Assembly (NCBI GenBank): GCA_031362565.1
Contig: JANLSU010000132.1
Location: 14,333-78,332 of the forward strand
DNA length: 64,000 bases
From: a bacterium
Lineage (GTDB): Bacteria > Krumholzibacteriota > Krumholzibacteriia > G020349025
Direction of reading: 5' to 3'
In this document: positions 30,719 through 40,597 of the stretch, piece by piece
Layout of the letters: every line of letters starts with the position of its first letter
How positions within the stretch are numbered: position 1 is the first letter of the stretch
The notes under the pieces: model-generated
Told to the model about the DNA's origin: nothing
Seen by the model: only the letters and a program-made list of their open reading frames with translations
Database searches by the model: none
Made by a program: the position numbers and the translations under genes

Positions 30719-33244
30719 CTACCGGGCACCGGGGACGGCCAGCGACGGGGCGCCCAGATAGCCGGCCAGCCGCAGGAGGTCGGCGAACACACCGCCCGCC
30801 GTGACTTCCGGCCCGGCGCCTGGGCCCCGGACGATGAGCGGCTGGGTCGAATACCGGTCGGTTGTAAAGGCGACCAGGTTATCGGTCGCCGTGAGCCCGC
30901 CGAAGGCATGCTCCCGCGGGTACGTTTCAAGCCGCACCCGGGCGGCCGGACCCGCCGGATCGACGACCCCGACATAGCGCAGCACCTGGCCGGAGCGCCG
31001 GGCCGCCTCGAACCGGTCCTGCATCGCCCGGTCGTGCTCCGGCAGTGCGGCCAGAAAATCCTCGATCTCCATGGCGCCCCGTAGCGCCGCCGGCACCAGG
31101 CTCTCGACCTCGACCGCATCCAGCTCTAAATCGAGGCCGATCTCCCGCGCCAGGATGATGAGTTTGCGCGCCACATCCATGCCGGAGAGGTCGTCGCGTG
31201 GATCGGGCTCGGTCCAGCCGCTGGTCCGCGCATCCCGCACCAACTGCGAGAACGGTGTCGTGCCGTCGTAGACGTTGAACAGATAGCTGAGCGTGCCCGA
31301 TAGCACGCCTTCGATGCGGCGTACTCGATCGCCGGTCTGGATGAGGTCACGGAGCGTCGTGATGATCGGCAGTCCGGCGCCGACGGTCGCTTCGTACAGA
31401 TAGTGGGTGCGATGCCGGCTGCCCAATTCGCGCAGGCGTCGGTAGTCGTGCATCGCACCGCTATTCGCTTTCTTGTTCGGGGTCACGACATGAATGCCGC
31501 GGGTGAGCCACTCGGCGTAGTGCGCCGCAACTTCCGCGCTCGCCGTGCAATCGACGATCACCGCATGTGGCACGTGATCGGCCTGCACGTGGGCCGCGAA
31601 CGCCGCCAGATCGGTTGGCACACCATGGCCGTCGAACGCGGCGCGCCAGTTCGTGAGATCCGTCCAGCGCGGCTCCAACAGCATGCGGGCGCCGCGCGCG
31701 ATGCCGCGGACGCGCAAATCGATGCGGAAACGTTCGTGCAGCGCCTGTTGCTGGGTCGCCAGTTGCTGCAGAAACGCCGCGCCGACGTTGCCGGGGCCGA
31801 TGACACCCACCGAAAGGGTCTGATCCGAAAGATAGAACCCCGCATGCACGGCGCGCAGCGCCCGCGGTGCATCGGCGCCGGCGATGACCGCGGTGATGTT
31901 GCGCTCCGACGAACCCTGCGCCACAGCGCGGACATTCACTCCGGCTTTGCCGAGCGCCCCGAAGAAACGCGCCGCCACCCCCGGCGTGTGCGCCATCGCA
32001 TCACCCACGGCGGCCAAAATCGCGCAACCTGGCGTGACCGCGACCCGCTGGATCTGTCCATGATGCAGTTCGCCGAAAAATGCCTCTTCGATCGCCCGCC
32101 GGGCGCGCGTTGCTTGGTCCTCGGGCACCGCGACGCAAATCGAATGCTCGCTGCTCGCCTGGCTGATCATGATCACCGACACGCCCACCGCCTGCAGCGC
32201 ACCGAACATACGCCGTGCCACGCCGGGCACCCCGATCATGCCGCTGCCCTCGACATCCACCAGCGCCAGGTCGGTCACGGTGGAGAAACCGCGCACCGCT
32301 TCCGCGATGTGCGTCGCGCGCGGCTGGAACTCGCGCCGGCCAATGTGGGTGCCGGGCGCCGAGGGATTGCGGCTGTTGCGGATCCACAGCGGAATGTTCT
32401 TGCGCACCGCCGGCTCCATGGTGTGCGGATGCAGCACCTTGGCGCCGAAGTACGCGAGTTCCATGGCCTCGTCATACGAAAGCTCCGGCAGCACGAAAGC
32501 TTCCGGTACGAGCCGCGGGTCGGCCGTCAATACGCCATCCACATCGGTCCAGATGATGGCGCGTTCGGCATCGAGGAGTGCCGCGAAGATCGACGCCGAA
32601 AAATCCGAGCCATTGCGGCCGAGCGTGGTCGGCGCGCCCTCGGGCGTCGAGGCGACAAAACCCGTCACGACAATGATGTGCTGCGGATGCGCGCCGAGCC
32701 AGGCGTTGAGTTTCTTGGTGGACACGTCCCAGTCGACGACCGGACCGGTTTCGCCCTGCGTTACGACGAGGACGTCACGCGCGTCGAGTGCCGTCGCGTC
32801 GGCGCCGGCGGCGCGCAAGGCGGCCGCGAAGAGCGGCGCGTTCCATAGCTCACCATGGCCGGACACGAGTTCGCGCATTGGGTCCGGGACGCTCTTCAAG
32901 AGCGCGAGCGCTCGGAGTGCATCCGTCAGTTCGGTAACGTTCGCGGTAATGGATTTTAGAATCGCGTCGAGGTCGGCGCCGGTTAGCAACGCGGCGGCGG
33001 CAGCGCGGTGGCGCGCGGCGAGCGCTTCGAGCCGGATGATCCAGGCCTCGTTGCCGGCGGCAGCAAGCCGCGCCAGCGCCAACAGTTCGTCGGTGATGCC
33101 GGCCATCGCCGAGACGACGACGCACGGGCGCCGCGCCGGGTCGGAGGCGCGAACGAGGCCCACCGCGTTGCGGATCGCAGTGGCGTCCGTAACGCTCGTG
33201 CCGCCGAACTTGTGGACAATCCAGGAACCCGCCGGCAATTCCAT
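30719..33244 (-). CDS. thrA: Bifunctional aspartate kinase/homoserine dehydrogenase
   Basis: HKFGGTS, TTLGRNGSD, two ACT domains, GPGNVG, EATVGAGLP, GPGAG. Confidence 0.95.
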   Translation of the reverse strand: MELPAGSWIVHKFGGTSVTDATAIRNAVGLVRASDPARRPCVVVSAMAGITDELLALARLAAAGNEAWIIRLEALAARHRAAAAALLTGADLDAILKSITANVTELTDALRALALLKSVPDPMRELVSGHGELWNAPLFAAALRAAGADATALDARDVLVVTQGETGPVVDWDVSTKKLNAWLGAHPQHIIVVTGFVASTPEGAPTTLGRNGSDFSASIFAALLDAERAIIWTDVDGVLTADPRLVPEAFVLPELSYDEAMELAYFGAKVLHPHTMEPAVRKNIPLWIRNSRNPSAPGTHIGRREFQPRATHIAEAVRGFSTVTDLALVDVEGSGMIGVPGVARRMFGALQAVGVSVIMISQASSEHSICVAVPEDQATRARRAIEEAFFGELHHGQIQRVAVTPGCAILAAVGDAMAHTPGVAARFFGALGKAGVNVRAVAQGSSERNITAVIAGADAPRALRAVHAGFYLSDQTLSVGVIGPGNVGAAFLQQLATQQQALHERFRIDLRVRGIARGARMLLEPRWTDLTNWRAAFDGHGVPTDLAAFAAHVQADHVPHAVIVDCTASAEVAAHYAEWLTRGIHVVTPNKKANSGAMHDYRRLRELGSRHRTHYLYEATVGAGLPIITTLRDLIQTGDRVRRIEGVLSGTLSYLFNVYDGTTPFSQLVRDARTSGWTEPDPRDDLSGMDVARKLIILAREIGLDLELDAVEVESLVPAALRGAMEIEDFLAALPEHDRAMQDRFEAARRSGQVLRYVGVVDPAGPAARVRLETYPREHAFGGLTATDNLVAFTTDRYSTQPLIVRGPGAGPEVTAGGVFADLLRLAGYLGAPSLAVPGAR

Positions 33245-33493
33245 ACGGGGGAAAGCTCCTTGCGCTCTTGGGACCGGCGCGGATGGTACCGCATCGCGCT
33301 AACGGCCGGTGGGCTGAGGTGGTGCGAACGCGGCGAGCCTGCGGGCCCGGTCGGCATAGAGGCCGAGCGAGAAGCGCGCGAAGCCATCCCGGCCAACCAA
33401 GGGCGGCCGCGGCGGATCGAAAATCGGTTATTCTGTGGATCGCTTCCTCGCCCGCACCCGACTGCACGTTCCGCCTGCCCGGAGGGGTCCGCG

Positions 33494-34165
33494 TTGATCG
33501 TCTACTTCGCCGGCATCGCAGCGGGACTCGTCCACGTCCTCACCGGCCCGGACCACTTGGCGGCACTGACGCCGCTCGCCGCGTCGCGGCCGCGTCAGAG
33601 CGTTCGCGCCGGTGTGGAATGGGGCCTGGGTCATACGGGCGGCGTTGCACTCGTGGCCTTGCTCGGCATTCTGCTGCGCGGTGTTCTGCCACTCGACCGA
33701 CTGTCATCGTGGAGCGAACGTGGGGTGGGAATCGTGCTCATCGCCATCGGTCTTTGGGGCCTGCGCGCTGCGTTCTCCACCCGGGTGCATGCGCACGAGC
33801 ACGAGCACGAGGGACATCCGCATGCGCATGTGCATGCCCATGCACAACCGCATGCTGCCGCGAATGCGGTGCCCGCGCACCGTCACTCGCACGCGGCTTT
33901 CGGGGTCGGGATCCTGCACGGACTCGCCGGTAGCTCGCATTTTCTGGGTGTACTTCCGGCGCTCGCGTTACCGTCCGCGGCCGCGGCCGGCGTCTACGTA
34001 CTCGGCTTTGGCACCGGCAGCGTCGCGGCAATGGCCGCCTATTCGGCGTGTGTCGGCGCACTTGCATTGCGCAGCCGCCGCGGGCCCGCGCAGGCCTATC
34101 GCCTGCTTCTGGGCGGGGCCGCGACGGCAGCCCTTGTCGTCGGTTGCTTCTGGCTACGCCCTTGA
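33494..34165 (+). CDS. UreH/HupE/NiCoT-like nickel/cobalt permease with His-rich loop
   Basis: HVLTGPDHLAA, WGLGH, HAHEHEHEGHPHAHVHAH, HGLAGS. TTG start after GGAGG. Confidence 0.82.
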   Translation: MIVYFAGIAAGLVHVLTGPDHLAALTPLAASRPRQSVRAGVEWGLGHTGGVALVALLGILLRGVLPLDRLSSWSERGVGIVLIAIGLWGLRAAFSTRVHAHEHEHEGHPHAHVHAHAQPHAAANAVPAHRHSHAAFGVGILHGLAGSSHFLGVLPALALPSAAAAGVYVLGFGTGSVAAMAAYSACVGALALRSRRGPAQAYRLLLGGAATAALVVGCFWLRP

Positions 34166-34987
34166 ACGGCGCTTGAAGGCCAGCACCGCTCCCAATACTG
34201 CCAAGCAGGCTGCCAGCATGACGAGAATGCTCGGCGACGCCGGCAAGTCGTAGTGCACCGACCCCAGCAGTCCCCCAACGCTCGCCAGGAACGCGAACAG
34301 CCAGCCGACGGCGAGTGCCGCACCTGGCCGCGACGCCGCCAGAATTCCCGCCACCGCCGGAATCACCAGCAGGCCGAAGACGAGCAGCACGCCGGCAATT
34401 TGCACCGACTGTGTCACCACGAGTCCAAACAGCGCATAGAACAGAAAATCCCACAGGAAGATTTTCCGTCCGCGCGCCCGCGCCCCCTCCGGGTCATTCG
34501 TGATCTCGAAGAACGGTTTGCGCAGGAGCACGTGCACGACGCTAATCGCGACATACAGGACGGCCGTCTTCAGCAAGCGGTTGGGGTCGACAGTGTAAAG
34601 AGTTCCGACCAGCGTTTCCTTCAGGTGTTCCATGCCCGAGGGATTGCTCTCGAGGACTAGGAACACCGCCGATTGCGCCGTCGCGAACACGATGCCGATG
34701 AAAGCCTCGAGTGGCACGCGACGGTCTTGGCTCCGGAGCCAAGCAAAACAGGCCGCCCCCACCAGCGTCATGCCGAGCGGCCAGAGATAGCTCGCCACCG
34801 GGTTCTCGTGCATCCCGGTGGCGATCGCAAACGCCACCCCGAGCGCCGCCATCTGCGCCAGCGCCAGATCGACGAAGATGACACCCCGCCGTACTACGTG
34901 GAAGCCCAGATAGGCATGCAGCCCGGCCAGCACCAGAATCGCAAAGAGCGCGATGCGGAAAAAAGGCAGAGAAAACGCCTCCATCAT
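34154..34987 (-). CDS. Metal ABC transporter permease (ZnuB/ABC-3 family)
   Basis: RGVIFVDLALAQMAALG, GVLLVFGLLVIPA. Confidence 0.88.
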   Translation of the reverse strand: MMEAFSLPFFRIALFAILVLAGLHAYLGFHVVRRGVIFVDLALAQMAALGVAFAIATGMHENPVASYLWPLGMTLVGAACFAWLRSQDRRVPLEAFIGIVFATAQSAVFLVLESNPSGMEHLKETLVGTLYTVDPNRLLKTAVLYVAISVVHVLLRKPFFEITNDPEGARARGRKIFLWDFLFYALFGLVVTQSVQIAGVLLVFGLLVIPAVAGILAASRPGAALAVGWLFAFLASVGGLLGSVHYDLPASPSILVMLAACLAVLGAVLAFKRRSRA

Positions 34988-35883
34988 TTGCCTCCCGCAA
35001 CCTGGTCCAGAATTGCCTGGATATGCGCCAGGTAGGACCCTGCTTTGATGTCGTCGCACGATCCGGAGGCGTGCACGATGCGAATCCCGGCTTGCCGCTT
35101 CAGGAACTCGCCGCCGTCTTCCGAGAAATACGGTTCCTCGATCACGACCGGGATGCTCTTCTGCTTGATCACGTCGACGAGTTCCTGGAGGTGCCGGGCA
35201 GTCGGCGGAATGCCCGGAATGGGTTCGATCGTCGACACCACGTTGAGACCGAACGCGTCACCGAAATAGGCCCATGACCGGTGGTACGTGAGGATGTCGC
35301 GGCTCGACATCGACTTCATCTGCATGGCCCCGCGCACAGTGAGGTCATTGCATGCCTTCGAAAACTCCTCGGCATGTTTGTCGAAGTCGGCGGCGTGCGC
35401 CGGGTCGACCCTGGCGAGTGCCTCGGCGATCGTTTGTCCGGCGATGGCCGCATTGCGCGGGTCGAGCCAATAGTGCGGGTTGCCGTTCGGATGCACGTCG
35501 CCCATCGATGCGTCGACCTTGCCGGTCGGCTTCTCGAGCACATTGACGTTGGCCGAGCAGTCCACCACAAGCACCTTGCTGTTGTGCGAACCATCGATGA
35601 TCTGATCCGCCCACTGGTCGAGTCCCAAGCCCACCTTCAAGTACACCTGAGCGCGCGACACGCGCACCATGTACGACGGCAGAACTTCGACGCGGTGCGG
35701 ATCGGCGCCGGGACGCGCGATCGTCACCACCTCCACTTGGTCGCCGCCGATGGTCGAAGCGATGGAACCGAGGTCGGTCGTCGAAGCAGCGACATGGATC
35801 GCGGCCTGCGCCGGCCCGAACGCCAACGCGGCCAGAACCACAAACACGCCGGCAAGATTGCGTTGCATGATTGTTGCCTCCAT
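34984..35883 (-). CDS. Metal ABC transporter substrate-binding protein (ZnuA family)
   Basis: DPH, GDVHPNGNPHYWLDP, YHRSW, GIPPTARH. The ATG overlaps the upstream stop (TAATG). Confidence 0.92.
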   Translation of the reverse strand: MEATIMQRNLAGVFVVLAALAFGPAQAAIHVAASTTDLGSIASTIGGDQVEVVTIARPGADPHRVEVLPSYMVRVSRAQVYLKVGLGLDQWADQIIDGSHNSKVLVVDCSANVNVLEKPTGKVDASMGDVHPNGNPHYWLDPRNAAIAGQTIAEALARVDPAHAADFDKHAEEFSKACNDLTVRGAMQMKSMSSRDILTYHRSWAYFGDAFGLNVVSTIEPIPGIPPTARHLQELVDVIKQKSIPVVIEEPYFSEDGGEFLKRQAGIRIVHASGSCDDIKAGSYLAHIQAILDQVAGGK

Positions 35884-37001
35884 TAGAACTGATGCGCCTT
35901 GTGCGGACCCATCGAATAGATGACGCGCAGCGTGTAGGTGTCGAACGAATCGCCGCCATCGGGGACGGTGCGGCGCCATTCACCGCGGAACACCGTGCTC
36001 TCTTCGAGCAGTGCGAGACCGGCATACGCGCCGATGCTCTGATCGCGCTCTTCGCCCAGAGTGGGGCGTTGGAAGGCTTCGTACGATGCGCCGGCATCGT
36101 AGCGCGTCGCCCAGTTGAAATCGGCGAAGATGTAGCCGCCGGTCGGAGTCACGACGCTCGTTTCGTACCCGGTTGCGGGGTCCCATGCGGCCACGTCGCG
36201 ATCGAGGTGCAGCGCTTCCCCTTGCAGTACCAGGCACGCCCGCGGACTCGTCCACAGCTTGGCTTTGGCATCGACCCCGAAGACACGGGTCCGCGCTCCG
36301 GCCGCAACGTTGTTGGTGCCACCGGTCGCCGACACACCGAATTCGATTCCCGATTGATCGCCGGCGAGTGCGAAGCCTGACACGCGACCGTTGTACGCCG
36401 GACGCGATTCCCCCGCCGCGTCGTCACCGCCCAGTGCAAGCGGGTCGCCGGCATCGCCGGACGGCAGGCGCGCGATCCGGAATGTGTCGCCCTGCAGCCA
36501 GTCGGCGGAGACATCGAGCGAAAAGTCGCCGGCGACCGGCACGCGCCGCGACAACGACACGCCGCGTTCAATGAGCGCCTCATCACCCGGCAGGTACGCC
36601 GCCAAGACGCCGAAGCGCTCCGCAAATGGCAACGCGTGCGGATGGGTCGGATTCAGATGTCCGAACGCGGTACGATACTGCCCGCCTTTCAGCGCCAACC
36701 CGGCGGGCAGGCCGCGCACCAGCGTGAAATAGCCTTCCTCCAGCTCGAGTCCGCCGGTACCCAGCGACATGGTGAAGTTGCCGTGTGCATACGGGTTCAA
36801 CGGTGCGTCAAAGACGATCTCGGTTTCGCCGATGTCGATGCGCGGCCGTTTGCGATCGGCCGCCGCGGGGTCGTTGGTGAATGTGATGAACGGCTGCCCG
36901 ATCACCGAAATGTCGGGGTTCACCACGCCGGCGATCGCGACCGCCGCCGCGAGCGCCAGAGTTGCCGATGCCACCAGGGTCATCAGCCCAATACGAGACA
37001 C
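35883..37001 (-). CDS. Putative outer-membrane beta-barrel metal uptake protein
   Basis: Signal peptide, NPDISVIG, EEGY, HPHALPF, C-terminal GPHKAHQF ending in Phe. GTG start after GGAGG. Confidence 0.7.
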   Translation of the reverse strand: MSRIGLMTLVASATLALAAAVAIAGVVNPDISVIGQPFITFTNDPAAADRKRPRIDIGETEIVFDAPLNPYAHGNFTMSLGTGGLELEEGYFTLVRGLPAGLALKGGQYRTAFGHLNPTHPHALPFAERFGVLAAYLPGDEALIERGVSLSRRVPVAGDFSLDVSADWLQGDTFRIARLPSGDAGDPLALGGDDAAGESRPAYNGRVSGFALAGDQSGIEFGVSATGGTNNVAAGARTRVFGVDAKAKLWTSPRACLVLQGEALHLDRDVAAWDPATGYETSVVTPTGGYIFADFNWATRYDAGASYEAFQRPTLGEERDQSIGAYAGLALLEESTVFRGEWRRTVPDGGDSFDTYTLRVIYSMGPHKAHQF

Positions 37002-37144
37002 GTGCAATCCTCCAAGGAATCATCCTGGAATCGTCGCCGGCGCACCGCACAAGTTGTTAATGCGATGCGCAAACACAGCTCGATGCACGGCGATTGAGAC
37101 GCCGGTCGTCGAGACGCTGCGTGTGGCTCATGGCACGGGCCGTG

Positions 37145-37432
37145 TCAGGCGATCGCGAGATTCCCGGGAGGGGCGCGGAGCGGTGCGTGAACGATGCTCG
37201 GAGGTTCAAGGCGGCGGTGTTCGACGCGCCAGGTGGTTTCGAAAACCTGCGCCTCGAGCAGGCGCGTTACATCATAGACGACGGGTGGAGCGCCGGAGGG
37301 CGCCGCGACGACGCGGCAGTATCCGCAAGCTGCTTCCTCGAAGACGCAGTGGTGCCCATGCACCGGCTCGGCGCGGGCCACGAACGACACGAGCAGCACC
37401 AGGCAGAAGAGTATGGCGCGCACCCGTGGCAT
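37145..37432 (-). CDS. DUF2946/CruR-like leader protein with CxxC and RAPP motifs
   Basis: 95 aa: N-terminal hydrophobic helix, HGHHC, CGYC, and LRAPP near the C-terminus. Lies upstream of the barrel gene. Confidence 0.72.
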   Translation of the reverse strand: MPRVRAILFCLVLLVSFVARAEPVHGHHCVFEEAACGYCRVVAAPSGAPPVVYDVTRLLEAQVFETTWRVEHRRLEPPSIVHAPLRAPPGNLAIA

Positions 37433-37609
37433 CGGCTTCCCCCCGTTGCGGCCGGCCGGCTTCGAACCGGCGGCAAGACGGTCGAGCTCTTGAACGCTAG
37501 AGCCCCGGGCGGCGAGCCGTCAATCCGATCCCGGCCGCGGGCGATTCCAGACAGTTCCACGCATGCCCCTTACGGGCACCTTGGAACGGCCTTGCTGACG
37601 GACCGCCCC

Positions 37610-37660
37610 TTGACCCGGCCCGCAGGCGACCCGTATTCTCTGATTGAGATTGAGTCTCAA
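37610..37660 (+). promoter_or_regulatory. Sigma70-like promoter with Fur-type operator
   Basis: TTGACC (37610)-18 bp-TATTCT (37634). Inverted repeat TTGAGA-TTGAG-TCTCAA at 37644-37660 upstream of fur-feoB. Confidence 0.7.
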
Positions 37661-37710
37661 CTACAGGTTGCGGCCGGGTGTTCCGGCCCCTCCACGGGGG
37701 AGCCGAGAAG

Positions 37711-38226
37711 ATGGAAGCCCAGCCCGCGCGCCGGCGCGCCGAACGCGGCCACCCCAAGACGGCCGAGCCCGAAGAGCGCCTCCGCGACTACCTGCGGTCC
37801 AAGAACCTGCGCATGACCCCCGAGCGGAGGTGGGTGCTGCAAGGCGTGCTGTCCCGCGACGGCCATTTCGATGCCGAGGAGTTGCTGCAGTTCCTGCATC
37901 GCCGCCACATGCCGGTCTCCCGCGCCACGCTCTACCGCACCCTCGATCACCTGACCGCGTCCGGCCTCGTCAAGCGGCACCGCTTCGGCCAAGGACACGC
38001 GCTGTTCGAGCACATCTATGGACGGCACCACCATGACCACATGGTGTGCGACCGCTGCCATAGCGTGATCGAGTTCATGAATGAAGATATCGAGCGGCTG
38101 CAGGACCAGGTGTGTTCCGAACACGGCTTCGTGTCGACCAATCACGTCATGCAAATTTTCGGCATCTGCAAGAGCTGCCAAGAGGCGGAGGCGAAACGCA
38201 TGTCGATGGCGACTCGTGAAGCATGA
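37711..38226 (+). CDS. fur: Fur-family transcriptional regulator
   Basis: LRMTPER, HFDAEEL, SRATLYRTL, HHHDHMVCDRC, CKSC. Confidence 0.9.
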   Translation: MEAQPARRRAERGHPKTAEPEERLRDYLRSKNLRMTPERRWVLQGVLSRDGHFDAEELLQFLHRRHMPVSRATLYRTLDHLTASGLVKRHRFGQGHALFEHIYGRHHHDHMVCDRCHSVIEFMNEDIERLQDQVCSEHGFVSTNHVMQIFGICKSCQEAEAKRMSMATREA

Positions 38227-40355
38227 GCGACGCCAACCACAACTTGGCGCTGGGCGACAGCGATGTGACAAGCGGCGACGCCGCGCTTTCGACCGCGGCA
38301 CGGCTCGGGATGCGTGGCGAGAGTACGGCGTCACTGCCGCGCCTCGTGCTCGTCGGTAATCCCAACGTCGGCAAGAGCGTCCTCTTTGGATTCCTCACGA
38401 AGCGTTACGTGACGGTGTCGAACTATCCCGGCACGACCGTCACTGTGACGCGCGGCAGAGCAACGATCGACGGGCGCGAATTCGAAGTCCTTGACTCGCC
38501 CGGAATCAACAGCCTCGTCCCGATGTCGGAGGACGAGGAAGTCACCCGTAACATCCTGTTGCGCGCCCCGGCCGAGGCGGTCGTGCAAGTCGCCGATGCC
38601 AAGAACTTGCGCCGCGCCCTCATCTTGTCGACGCAACTGGCCGAAATGGGTGTGCCCTTCGCGCTCGACCTCAACATGACGGACGAGGCGGCCGAGCTGG
38701 GTGTACGCATCGATCGCGAGCGGCTCGAAGAGCGCCTCGGAGTGCACGTCGTGCGCACCGTAGCCACGCGCCGCAACGGCGTCGACGACCTGCGCCGCGC
38801 GCTCGTGAACCAACGGCGTTGCACGTTGCGGATCCCCTATCCCGCCGCCCTCGAAGAGGCCATTGCCGCGATGGCGCCGACGCTGCCGGACACCCACCTC
38901 GACAAGCGCGCCCTCGCAGTATCAGTGCTGTCCGGTGACGAAACACTCCGGCCGTGGCTGCACGAACGAATCGGTGACGCCGGTGTGCAAATGCTCGAGG
39001 ATTTGCGCCGCCAGACGGCAGCCCGCATCCGCGAGCCGTTGTCGGTGGTCGTGAACCGCAGCCGCTTGCAGGCCGTCGATGCCCTGCTGCGTGAGGTCGA
39101 ATCACGGCCCAAGCACCGGGTCGGCGGCTGGCTCGATCAACTGGGCAGTTACAGCATGCACCCTTTGTGGGGCGTGCCGATTCTCTTGGGCGTCTTGTGG
39201 GTCATGTACCAGTTCGTGGGGGTCTTGGGCGCCGGCACTCTGGTCGACGTGCTGGAAAACAAATTCTTCGCCGCCCATTTGTCGCCGTGGGCCATGCAAG
39301 CGGCCGACGCCCTGCTGCGGTTTCCGCACACTCACGTCATCGTGAACGGCGTCATTCAATCCGACTACACGTCGACGGCGACGGCGTACACCACCGCCCA
39401 GCAGGTCGCGCGCTTCGTGCACGATTTGCTGGTCGGGCAGTACGGCCAGATCACTATGGCGCTTTCCTATTCGATCGCCCTCATTCTGCCGATCGTGTCG
39501 ACATTCTTCCTGGCCTTCGGGATGCTGGAGGATTCGGGCTACCTGCCGCGCCTCGCCGTCATGGTGAACCGGCTCTTCAAATTGATGGGCCTGAACGGCA
39601 AGGCCGTGCTTCCCATGGTGCTCGGCTTGGGCTGCGACACGATGGCGACCTTGACGACGCGCATTCTCGAGACCAAAAAAGAGCGGATCATCGTGACGCT
39701 GCTCTTGGCACTCGGCGTGCCGTGCTCGGCGCAACTGGGCGTCATTCTCGGCATGATCCGGTCGCTGTCGATCGGCGCCACGATCGTTTGGGGCGGGTCG
39801 ATCGTGGTGACCATGTTCGCGGTCGGCTGGCTCGCGGCCAAGCTCCTGCCGGGACAATCGTCCGACTTCATTCTGGAACTGCCGCCCATCCGCCTGCCGC
39901 AGTTGAGCAACATCGTCGTCAAGACGCTGGCACGGATCGAATGGTATCTGAAAGAAGCCGTGCCGCTCTTCCTGCTCGGCACTTTGGTGCTCTTCCTGGC
40001 CGACCGCCTGCGCATTTTGGGCGTCATCGAACGTATCTCCGAACCCATCGTCGTCGGGGTGCTCGGGCTGCCGGCCAAGGCCGCCGACGCCTTTCTGATC
40101 GGTTTCTTGCGGCGCGACTACGGCGCCGCCGGCCTGTACGACATGGCGCGCGACGGCCTCCTGAACCCCGTCCAAGTCGTGGTGTCGATGGTGACGATCA
40201 CCCTCTTCATCCCGTGTATCGCCAACTTCTTCATCATGATCAAGGAACGCGGTGCCAAGACCGCGCTCCTCATGACGGCGTTCGTCGTGCCCATGGCGCT
40301 CTTCGTCGGTGGCGTGCTCAACTTCGGCCTGCACGCGCTGGGGGTGACGTTCTAG
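38223..40355 (+). CDS. feoB: Ferrous iron transporter B
   Basis: GNPNVGKS, NYPGTT, DSPG, NMTD, LEDSGYLPR, LGLGC, PCSA. Confidence 0.96.
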   Translation: MSDANHNLALGDSDVTSGDAALSTAARLGMRGESTASLPRLVLVGNPNVGKSVLFGFLTKRYVTVSNYPGTTVTVTRGRATIDGREFEVLDSPGINSLVPMSEDEEVTRNILLRAPAEAVVQVADAKNLRRALILSTQLAEMGVPFALDLNMTDEAAELGVRIDRERLEERLGVHVVRTVATRRNGVDDLRRALVNQRRCTLRIPYPAALEEAIAAMAPTLPDTHLDKRALAVSVLSGDETLRPWLHERIGDAGVQMLEDLRRQTAARIREPLSVVVNRSRLQAVDALLREVESRPKHRVGGWLDQLGSYSMHPLWGVPILLGVLWVMYQFVGVLGAGTLVDVLENKFFAAHLSPWAMQAADALLRFPHTHVIVNGVIQSDYTSTATAYTTAQQVARFVHDLLVGQYGQITMALSYSIALILPIVSTFFLAFGMLEDSGYLPRLAVMVNRLFKLMGLNGKAVLPMVLGLGCDTMATLTTRILETKKERIIVTLLLALGVPCSAQLGVILGMIRSLSIGATIVWGGSIVVTMFAVGWLAAKLLPGQSSDFILELPPIRLPQLSNIVVKTLARIEWYLKEAVPLFLLGTLVLFLADRLRILGVIERISEPIVVGVLGLPAKAADAFLIGFLRRDYGAAGLYDMARDGLLNPVQVVVSMVTITLFIPCIANFFIMIKERGAKTALLMTAFVVPMALFVGGVLNFGLHALGVTF

Positions 40356-40597
40356 TGAGCGCCGCGCATGAACCCATGACCATGCCCTGCCCGCTGTGCG
40401 GCGGCACCCTCCGGGAACAAGTCACCGGCTGCTCGACTTGTCCCATGAATGGTGGCTGCGACATGCTGTGTTGCGATAACTGCGGATACGAGACCGTAGC
40501 ACCACGTTCAGCGACCGTGGCCCTCGCGAAGAAAATCATCCGCTTTGTGAGAAGGAAGAAACGTGCATCCGGAATTTCTGACCCAACCCACGGATGA
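40355..40597 (+). CDS. Small Cys-rich protein associated with feoB
   Basis: GTG overlaps the feoB stop. CPLC, CSTC, GGC, CCDNC (8 Cys in 80 aa), then a basic tail. Confidence 0.75.
   Translation: MSAAHEPMTMPCPLCGGTLREQVTGCSTCPMNGGCDMLCCDNCGYETVAPRSATVALAKKIIRFVRRKKRASGISDPTHG

Noticed and set aside
31403..32848. Long ORFs antisense or out of frame to real genes (also 16398-17717, 29143-30663, 39102-40334 and many others)
   Set aside because: Shadow ORFs typical of high-GC DNA. They are Arg/Ala/Pro-rich and overlap well-supported genes.
33245..33493. Threonine attenuator or riboswitch upstream of thrA
   Set aside because: No Thr/Ile-rich leader peptide and no recognisable aptamer.
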